From the NCBI GenBank assembly GCA_028275885.1, contig JAPWTW010000009.1, positions 1 through 13,944 of the forward strand: a stretch of 13,944 nt of DNA, given 5' to 3'. The translations under genes were made by a program, and so were the position numbers. Source of the DNA: Candidatus Nanopusillus sp. (lineage in GTDB: Archaea > Nanobdellota > Nanobdellia > Nanobdellales > Nanobdellaceae). Each line of letters opens with the position of its first letter. Position 1 is the first letter of the stretch. The notes under the pieces are model-generated. The model searched no databases, was not told the origin of the DNA, and saw only the letters and a program-made list of their open reading frames with translations. Below, one piece after another: positions 6,865 through 12,892 of the stretch.

Positions 6865-7467
6865 ATGGGTAATAAAGAAATCTTATTCAAAAAACTAGAT
6901 GAAATACTTAATGAAATGTTTAAATATTCACTTATTTTAGGTAATATAGGAAAATATGTTTGGATAGAAATATATATAAGAGATGATGGATATAACGGGA
7001 GAAGTTTTGTTATTAAACCATCGAAAATACAAGTTTTTAAATATCTAAATATTTGTAATGAATGTCGTGAAGATATATATGTCAGTGAATATAGTTATAT
7101 AAATAACAGTTACAATATTTATCCTAATACTAGTATAAGAAATGTGAGGAAAAATATAAGGGAAATGAAAAAGCTAATAAGTAATATAGAAACTCAAGTC
7201 CGTGATGTATACAATATAATTGTAAATTCATATTTGGATCCTTCGAGAATTTATCCAAAATTATTGATATACTTTAGAAGAGATATATCAAACGGTTGGA
7301 AGATATTTAAAGAAATTAGAGATAGTATTATCTTTGGACATACTGCTTCGGAGAAAATTAAATTTAATGAGCAACCAGTTTTTAGATTTATAGCTTTGGA
7401 GGAAAAGAAAACAGGTGATCTTTTTTATCCAAAAAATTATAGATTTAGTTTTATGGTATATGGATAA
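6865..7467 (+). CDS. Hypothetical protein (200 aa from ATG 6865; the ORF track starts at TTG 6856)
   Basis: Long open frame in stop-rich DNA, divergent from the RelE-like ORF across about 80 bp. I recognise no domain. It has one C-x-x-C (CNEC) and an LGN-x12-DD stretch that only loosely resembles a pol-beta nucleotidyltransferase G[SG]-x9-13-D-x-D motif. Confidence 0.5.
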   Translation: MGNKEILFKKLDEILNEMFKYSLILGNIGKYVWIEIYIRDDGYNGRSFVIKPSKIQVFKYLNICNECREDIYVSEYSYINNSYNIYPNTSIRNVRKNIREMKKLISNIETQVRDVYNIIVNSYLDPSRIYPKLLIYFRRDISNGWKIFKEIRDSIIFGHTASEKIKFNEQPVFRFIALEEKKTGDLFYPKNYRFSFMVYG

Positions 7468-7483
7468 TAAATTATCAATTTTT

Positions 7484-8467
7484 TTAAACCTTTTCTAAAT
7501 TTTCTTTAAATTCCTTTGCTGTTTCTTCGGGTATTGAAGAAATTACATATTCTAAATGACAAATTTCCATATAACCTATATCAAATAGAGGTCTTTGTAA
7601 TATTTTTATAATTGGATATGATCTAGATTCTCTTAATAATGTTGTATCAAATATAACTAAATTAAAGTTTTCATATAATTTTTCATATGTTACTAAAATA
7701 TTATATAAGTTTTTAATGAATTCTTCAAATTTATTTTGTGACAAGAAAAATATCCCAAATGTATCAACATATCCAATTAATTCATTATTCCTAAATGGAG
7801 CAAATGATGACCATAATTTAATTAATCCATCAAATATTATTCTTTCATTTAATTGTTTTTCAAAGTTAAAATAATCTTCTATAAAGAATTTTTTATATTT
7901 ATCAAAATATTTGTTAGATTTATCTAGATAAATTTTAAAATAATTTGTTGGTTCCTTTTCAATCAATATTTGGAAATGTAAATGTTCCTGTGATGCACCT
8001 GCGGAAAATCCTTTATTTAAATTAATAAATAAATATTTATAATCTCCTTCAGGTATTCTTTCATAGAATTCTTTTATTAGCATAAATGAATTATAAAGAT
8101 CTAAATAATTTATTTGTGAAAAACTCTTTACATGTTTTTTATAATTTGGAACTAATACTGCATGATACTTTCCATATGGGTACTTATTTGAAAAGAGGAC
8201 AGAATCTCCAATATATATTTTCTTTGAAAATTCAAAATCAGGAGTTTCATTATCAGGATCACAAAAAGGACATTTTGATTTTTTTGTATGAATTTCTTTA
8301 TAACTTCTTGGTTTACTTTTTATAGATTTATTTATTCGTATCTTAAAACTAGTTATTGGATCAATTCTTTCTTCAATTATAAATCTCTCAAATTCATTAT
8401 TAAATAAATTCCTTACACTATATTCTTGAGATATTAATTTTAGATCTTCATTATATATTTTTTCCAT
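7484..8467 (-). CDS. HIT-superfamily, GalT-branch nucleotidyltransferase/phosphorylase (galactose-1-phosphate uridylyltransferase-like)
   Basis: 327 aa. It has an N-terminal zinc-knuckle C-P-F-C (SKCPFCDPDNE), then VLFSNKYPY, HAVLVPNYKKHVKSF, and NKGFSAGASQEHLHFQIL carrying the H-x-H-x-Q catalytic motif. The order and spacing match GalT (CxxC ... FxNxxx ... N-x-G-x-x-x-G-x-S-x-x-H-x-H-x-Q). Substrate cannot be inferred. Confidence 0.55.
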   Translation of the reverse strand: MEKIYNEDLKLISQEYSVRNLFNNEFERFIIEERIDPITSFKIRINKSIKSKPRSYKEIHTKKSKCPFCDPDNETPDFEFSKKIYIGDSVLFSNKYPYGKYHAVLVPNYKKHVKSFSQINYLDLYNSFMLIKEFYERIPEGDYKYLFINLNKGFSAGASQEHLHFQILIEKEPTNYFKIYLDKSNKYFDKYKKFFIEDYFNFEKQLNERIIFDGLIKLWSSFAPFRNNELIGYVDTFGIFFLSQNKFEEFIKNLYNILVTYEKLYENFNLVIFDTTLLRESRSYPIIKILQRPLFDIGYMEICHLEYVISSIPEETAKEFKENLEKV

Positions 8468-8638
8468 TTTTTAGTTAGGGTCTTTTATAAATAAAAATGT
8501 TTGAAATTTATATTCTCACTTAAATGATAACTAAAGAAAAAATATTTATAAATAATTTGTAATTAATTAGTTTTGAATAGTAAATCTCAGAATATTGTTA
8601 AAGAATATTTTTATGTTTCGATAACAAATTATTATAAA

Positions 8639-8707
8639 ATGAGCGATTTAGGAACATTAATAGCTGGAATTGGTGCTGTGATAATAATATTTCTTATATT
8701 GGGATAG
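8639..8707 (+). other. 22-codon ORF encoding one TM helix, in frame with the downstream membrane-protein ORF and separated from it only by TAG 8705-8707
   Basis: ATG 8639 encodes MSDLGTLIAGIGAVIIIFLILG, then TAG. The same frame continues IIITIPVY and then TTG 8732. See findings. Confidence 0.3.
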
Positions 8708-8731
8708 ATCATTATTACAATACCTGTTTAT

Positions 8732-9112
8732 TTGGCTGCTAAACTTTTTGGTAGTGATGCATCATTTTTAAAAGCTATGGTCGCCGTTCTACTTGCTGAA
8801 ATATTAGCTGGGATAATAATAATAATTTTTGCATTTATTTCAATTGCATATAAAAGTTTCATATTAAGTATTTCAGGATTAATTATATCTTTTATAGCTG
8901 TTTTGGGTGTATATAAATCTATGTTTAATGTGGGTTGGGTGGCAGCATTCGGTATAATAATTGTATCTATTATAATAGCATTTATCTTTAGTCTGATATT
9001 GTCCTTTTTTGGTATTGGTATCTCCTATTTACTTAGTAATTCTCAATTGCAATCATTTATATCCTCATTATCCAATTTAACCAATATTTTCCAGAGCTTT
9101 AATCTAGGTTAA
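8732..9112 (+). CDS. Hypothetical polytopic membrane protein
   Basis: 126 aa from TTG 8732 (alternative ATG 8777). It has three to four hydrophobic segments (LLAEILAGIIIIIFAFISIAY, ILSISGLIISFIAVLGVY, WVAAFGIIIVSIIIAFIFSLILSFFGIGISYLL). Start codon uncertain because of the in-frame upstream ORF. Confidence 0.6.
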   Translation: MAAKLFGSDASFLKAMVAVLLAEILAGIIIIIFAFISIAYKSFILSISGLIISFIAVLGVYKSMFNVGWVAAFGIIIVSIIIAFIFSLILSFFGIGISYLLSNSQLQSFISSLSNLTNIFQSFNLG

Positions 9113-9288
9113 AACATTAAGATTTAAATAATAAAATATGGGGTATTATTTCAGAATAAAAGGCAATATAAAAAAGTAAGAATTAAAAGAAAATCTTTAA
9201 TATTCAACTAATGGTATTATTTTTGGATTATATAGCCTTATTTCGGATATGTTGCTATTATAATTAATTGTTTCTAGTGGTCTATGTA

Positions 9289-9701
9289 CTAATATTTTGG
9301 ATTATATGGTGTAGAGTTTAGATTTATATTTGCTTGAAATTCAATTATTTGTTCTTTTTTATTATATACGGTGTTTAATACTTTTTCGGTAATAATTATG
9401 ATATTTGATAGGTAATGGTCGGGATTAGATAATTTATATTTAATGTTTTCTTGTATATTTTCGCAGAAAATTGTACTATTGATAGATCCTTCAATAAAAG
9501 ACATCTTCCAATAGGTTTTCTATCATAATCAGTTACCATTGCCTGACCATTGATAATATAACCTTCTTTATCATGAGATCTTATTGTAATATAAACTTCT
9601 AAAGAAGTTGTACTATTGGCTTTAATACCTTTTACTATTTCTTCAGACATTTTGCTTAATAATTTATCCAAATCATACAAATAGGGTTTTACTTCTAACA
9701 T
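9289..9701 (-). pseudogene. Hypothetical gene split into two overlapping frames (9396-9701 and 9289-9504); -1 frame change needed to join them
   Basis: Frame A (101 aa) and frame B (71 aa) overlap. Frame B is open from 9519 downward and frame A ends at 9396. A single -1 shift anywhere in 9399-9519 gives one product of about 137 aa. An A4 run (minus strand AGA-AAA-CCT; plus strand T4 at 9516-9519) sits at the first possible position. No domain recognised. Confidence 0.45.
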
Positions 9702-10134
9702 AATCTCTTCTTTTTTGGAATTTTTATATAATTCTTGTTCGTCTATGCGTTATTTTACGTTAAAGAAATTATATAAATTTATTTAGGTCGTAATGCATAA
9801 TTTTGACACAAAAATTGTTTATAAACAAAAAGTGTCTAAAGATGGAAATTAATAATATTTGTTCTTTATTGTTCCTTTATTATATTCGGGAGTATAGTTT
9901 CATGTCGTATAACAGAAATTATCCGTCATGGTTCTTGGGGATGTTATAATTTTGATATAAATTTTAATGTGATTAAGCATGGTTAACTAATATTTTTTGG
10001 TTCTTGATCATAATTATATATCATTAAATTACATATAAGTAATGCTTAATATATAATAGTGTCTTAAAAATATATAGTCTGATATACAACTCATAAAAAT
10101 AGAGATTTGAGACATTATTTAAAAAATAGGTTAA

Positions 10135-10593
10135 CTATAAATTAATAAAGGTTGTTTCCTTTATACTTTCGAAGACTATCAAAGATACAGTTTCCTTTAC
10201 TCCTTTAATTTCTCTTATCTTATCTAAAACAGCTTTTCCTAAACTTTCAACATCTTTTTCTCTAACCTTTGCAATCATATCCCAATCCCCAGCTATTATA
10301 TGGACTTCTTGAATTTCTGGTAAGTTTGCAATTTTCTCCGCAACTTCTCTTTGCGTAAAACCAGAAGAAGGATCATATTTTATTAAAACAAAAGCCAAAA
10401 CATTTTTACCAATAGCTTTAGGATCTAAAATTGCTCTATATTCTTTTATTACTCCTTCTTTTTCTAACCTCTTTATTCTAGCGAAAATTGTAGTTTCTCT
10501 CATTTCTGTAATTTGTGAAAGTTCTCTTAAAGAGAGTTTGCAATTCTTCTGTAAAAGTGAAAGTAATTGTTTATCCTTTTCATCTATCTTCAT
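10135..10593 (-). CDS. Lrp/AsnC-family transcriptional regulator (HTH plus RAM/ACT-like ligand domain)
   Basis: 152 aa. MKIDEKDKQLLSLLQKNCKLSLRELSQITEMRETTIFARIKRLEKEGVIKEYRAILDPKAIG is the canonical Lrp/AsnC N-terminal HTH. It is followed by a beta-alpha-beta-beta-alpha-beta domain (VLAFVLIKYD...EVHIIAGDWDMIAKV). The length is typical. Ends in TAG. Confidence 0.85.
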   Translation of the reverse strand: MKIDEKDKQLLSLLQKNCKLSLRELSQITEMRETTIFARIKRLEKEGVIKEYRAILDPKAIGKNVLAFVLIKYDPSSGFTQREVAEKIANLPEIQEVHIIAGDWDMIAKVREKDVESLGKAVLDKIREIKGVKETVSLIVFESIKETTFINL

Positions 10594-10695
10594 AAAAAAT
10601 TCATATTTTTTAAAAATTTAAGTATTTTATTCAAAATATCTTCAAATTTTATGAAATTTATACATCATATATCTTATCAATATATAAATTAAATT

Positions 10696-10710
10696 TTGAA
10701 AAATATTCAA
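10696..10710. promoter_or_regulatory. 15-bp perfect-arm palindrome TTGAA-AAATA-TTCAA, candidate Lrp/AsnC operator (box 1)
   Basis: Read directly from the sequence. It lies in the divergent lrp / asnA-like intergenic region. The 15-bp TTG...CAA architecture with an A/T centre is the same as characterised Lrp-family operators. Confidence 0.45.
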
Positions 10711-10736
10711 TTTTTATATCGAATTTAAGTAATTTT

Positions 10737-10751
10737 TTGAATTTTCTTCAA
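10737..10751. promoter_or_regulatory. 15-bp perfect-arm palindrome TTGAA-TTTTC-TTCAA, candidate Lrp/AsnC operator (box 2)
   Basis: Read directly from the sequence. Its centre is 41 bp from the box 1 centre (about four helical turns). It ends 5 bp upstream of the TTTATAAA TATA-like box of the asnA-like gene. Confidence 0.45.
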
Positions 10752-10755
10752 AAAA

Positions 10756-10767
10756 TTTTATAAAAAA
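10756..10767 (+). promoter_or_regulatory. TATA-like box (TTTTATAAAAAA) of the asnA-like gene
   Basis: It is centred about 38 bp upstream of ATG 10798, which would give a short (about 10 nt) leader. TATA-like strings are frequent in this AT-rich DNA, so specificity is low. Confidence 0.35.
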
Positions 10768-10797
10768 TTTAAGAACAGGTAATACAAATATTAGCCA

Positions 10798-11730
10798 ATG
10801 GCGGTAGAAGAAATGATATCTCATCTAAAAGAAATGAAGCCAATATTAAGAATACAAACAATAGTACTGAAGGAAATGCAATCATTTATGGTTGATAGAG
10901 GCTTTGTACAATTATTGCCAGTAATAACTTCAAAATTTACAGATCCATTGGCTCCAGATCCAGCATCTAGTGTTATTTTTACTCCATCATTTGAGTATTA
11001 TTCGCAAAAACTAGTGATAACACAAAGTATGATTTTACATAAGCAACTTTCCCTTATAGCAGCTGATAAAATATTCACTTTTTCACCAAACGTTAGATTA
11101 GAAAAAAGTGAAAAAGCTAAAACTGGAAGACATGCTTTTGAATTTACACAGATGGATTTTGAGATGGCATATGCAAAGATGAAAGATGTAATGGATTTAG
11201 TAGAAGATTTAATAATTCATGTAATCGAAAAAGTTAGAGAAGAATGTAAGGAAGAATTAGATCTTTTAGGTAGAGAATTAAAAGTTCCTTCAAAGCCATT
11301 CAAAGTTTATAGATATTCAGAAGTTTTAGAAAAATATGGTAGTGATGATGCTTTAAGTGCGGAGGAAAAAGATCCATTCTGGATTATTGATATAAAAAGA
11401 GAATTCTATGATAAAGAAGATGAAGATCATCCAGGTCATTATTTAAACTATGATTTAATTTTACCAGAAGGATATGGAGAAGTTTTATCTGGAGGAGAAA
11501 GAGAATATAAATATGAGAGAATTATGGAAAAGATGAAAGAATTAGAAAAGGAAGGTAGAGATTATTCATCTTACAAAGACTATCTAGAAGTTGCTAAAAT
11601 GGGATTGTTAAAACCAAGTGCTGGAGGTGGAATCGGTGTTGAAAGATTATTAAGATTCTTAACTGGAAAGAAAGATATAAGGGAAGTTCAATTATTCCCA
11701 AGAATTCCTGGTGAAGAAGTAATTTTCTAG
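10798..11730 (+). CDS. AsnRS/AspRS-paralog lacking the anticodon-binding domain: archaeal AsnA-like asparagine synthetase (aspartate-ammonia ligase type)
   Basis: 310 aa. It aligns by eye with the catalytic core of the asnS product in this window: [18 protein letters not shown] vs [47 protein letters not shown] vs [56 protein letters not shown] vs GMGLGIERFLRWVCKLDHIRDTQPFPR. It starts where the class II core begins and has no OB-fold of about 120 aa. Such truncated paralogs act as tRNA-independent asparagine synthetases in Pyrococcus (established knowledge). Confidence 0.7.
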   Translation: [310 protein letters not shown]

Positions 11731-11731
11731 A

Positions 11732-11754
11732 TTTTTCTTTAATAAAAATTTTTT
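11732..11754 (+). terminator. Oligo-T tracts downstream of the asnA-like gene
   Basis: T5 at 11732-11736 and T6 at 11749-11754, immediately after TAG 11728-11730. Confidence 0.35.
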
Positions 11755-12015
11755 AATAAATCTTATAGAAAATGAAAAAGATTTTAGAAAAATCATTAGA
11801 AAAATTCGTATTTTATACAAATATTATATAGACTCTGAGTTTCTTATAGGTTTTATGCATTTAAAATATAGTTCTATCGCATTTTTATAAAATCTTTTCT
11901 TATATTTTCATATACTGAAATCAATTTAAGTTTCTTCTTTTGTTGTTTCTGATGAAATAAAAAGGTTACCTGCTTTTATATTATTGTTTAGGTAGTTGTG
12001 TTATATTCAACTATG

Positions 12016-12078
12016 TTAAACTTTATAAACTTTATTAACATGTTAAACATGTCAAACTTTTTAAACATTATAAACATA
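12016..12078. repeat. Seven tandem 9-bp direct repeats, consensus WTAAACWTK
   Basis: TTAAACTTT ATAAACTTT ATTAACATG TTAAACATG TCAAACTTT TTAAACATT ATAAACATA. AAC recurs at 12019, 12028, 12037, 12046, 12055, 12064 and 12073, and an eighth AAC at 12085 is off register by 3. The array ends 9 bp before ATG 12088. Confidence 0.8.
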
Positions 12079-12087
12079 TATACTAAC

Positions 12088-12327
12088 ATGGTAGGTGGAA
12101 GACGCTATGGGCGGGTATATGGTGGAAAACACTATTGGTTTAGATATTTAGATATAACTAAAATGGAAATAATTGATAGGGCAATAGTTAAGATGGCTAT
12201 AGATTTAGGTATAACGCCACCTGAGTTAAGAGCTTTAATATGTGAAGTAGTAACCCAGGATCCTGAAATAAATGCAAAAGTAACTGAAAAAATAAAAGAA
12301 ATATTACAAAAATATAAACAGCAATAA
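12088..12327 (+). CDS. Small (79 aa) putative ribbon-helix-helix DNA-binding protein with a Gly/Arg/Tyr-rich basic N-terminal tail
   Basis: MVGGRRYGRVYGGKHY (tail), WFRYLDIT (candidate beta-strand), KMEIIDRAIVKMAIDLG (helix A), ITPPELRALICEVV (helix B; the G-x-[ST]-x-x-E-h-h-R pattern of CopG/Arc/MetJ-type RHH), then a C-terminal helix. The ORF track extends the frame upstream to GTG 11998 through the repeat array. I prefer ATG 12088 but cannot exclude ATG 12013, 12040 or 12049. Confidence 0.45.
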   Translation: MVGGRRYGRVYGGKHYWFRYLDITKMEIIDRAIVKMAIDLGITPPELRALICEVVTQDPEINAKVTEKIKEILQKYKQQ

Positions 12328-12351
12328 AATGGATGAAAAATAAAAGCCATC

Positions 12352-12370
12352 TTTATTTTATTTTTTTATT
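12352..12370 (+). terminator. Oligo-T termination tract after the RHH-like gene
   Basis: CTTTATTTTATTTTTTTATT, including a T7 run at 12361-12367, about 25 bp after TAA 12325-12327. Confidence 0.4.
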
Positions 12371-12583
12371 ATTAGATTCTAGATTTTTTGAAAAAATAAA
12401 TTTCTAATTTTGTTATAATTTTTGATTAATTATTTTTATTATTTGGTTTTTGTTCATTTTTTGTAGAGGGCAAACTTTAATATATCTTTATTATAATCTA
12501 GTCCAAAAACGTATATTTGGTAGAAATAATAATAAGAAGAAGTCTATTATTTTTCTAATATTTATTTTTTAGCGATTTTTTCT

Positions 12584-12892
12584 TTATTTATTTTTTAATC
12601 TTTCTTTTCTAATCTTTAATGCTAATACAAAACTTATAATCCACAGAACAATTAAAATTATTATAGTTACTATTAAGTTTTCTACTAGAGTTGGTTCAAG
12701 TACGCTAGTTATACCATATAATATAGCTCCAACTGCAAAGCCACCAATCAAACTCCATATCTTCTTATAACCTAATGTTAATGCTAAAATTACTGCGGAT
12801 ATTGTTCCAAGAAATCCTCCAATAAATCCTAATAGAATAAATAGAATTATCTCAAGATAAAAAATCCTATCATCATCTTTAGTATATACCAT
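12584..12892 (-). CDS. Hypothetical small membrane protein (102 aa, about 3 TM helices)
   Basis: Hydrophobic segments are FYLEIILFILLGFIGGFLGTISAVILALTL, IWSLIGGFAVGAILYGITSVL and LIVTIIILIVLWIISFVLAL, followed by a basic C-terminal tail KIRKERLKNK. Confidence 0.55.
   Translation of the reverse strand: MVYTKDDDRIFYLEIILFILLGFIGGFLGTISAVILALTLGYKKIWSLIGGFAVGAILYGITSVLEPTLVENLIVTIIILIVLWIISFVLALKIRKERLKNK

Noticed and set aside
8086-8325. 79-aa plus-strand ORF inside the GalT-like gene
   Set aside because: It is antisense to the frame carrying the CPFC and HxHxQ motifs and has no features of its own.
8705-8707. TAG decoded as pyrrolysine or otherwise reassigned genome-wide
   Set aside because: TAG terminates four other ORFs in this window at family-typical lengths (paralog A, the downstream frame of the split gene, Lrp/AsnC, AsnA-like). 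No pyl genes are visible and no PYLIS-like structure is obvious. Local read-through or a nonsense mutation remains possible.
9842-9949. 35-codon ORF (MEINNICSLLFLYYIREYSFMSYNRNYPSWFLGML) in the long spacer
   Set aside because: It has no recognisable features or start context. Length alone is weak, so it is mentioned only as part of the spacer finding.
11914-11956. C/D-box sRNA candidate (CUGA at 11914, CUGAUGA at 11949-11955)
   Set aside because: The order and spacing are wrong: a D-like box lies 32 nt upstream of a C-like box, there is no terminal C ... D pair within 50-70 nt, and no kink-turn-compatible flanks.
11998-12087. N-terminal extension of the 109-aa ORF (MLYSTMLNFINFINMLNMSNFLNIINIYTN) as real coding sequence
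   Set aside because: The extension is simply the translation of the 9-bp DNA repeat array and starts at a GTG. A tripeptide (L/I)-N-(F/M/I) repeat has no precedent I know of, and ATG 12088 gives a compact RHH-sized protein. The question is kept open in the findings because the frame is intact.
12132-12350. 72-aa minus-strand ORF overlapping the RHH-like gene
   Set aside because: It is antisense to the frame with the RHH-like pattern, and it would run into the oligo-T terminator region. Judged a shadow ORF, although I cannot formally exclude it.
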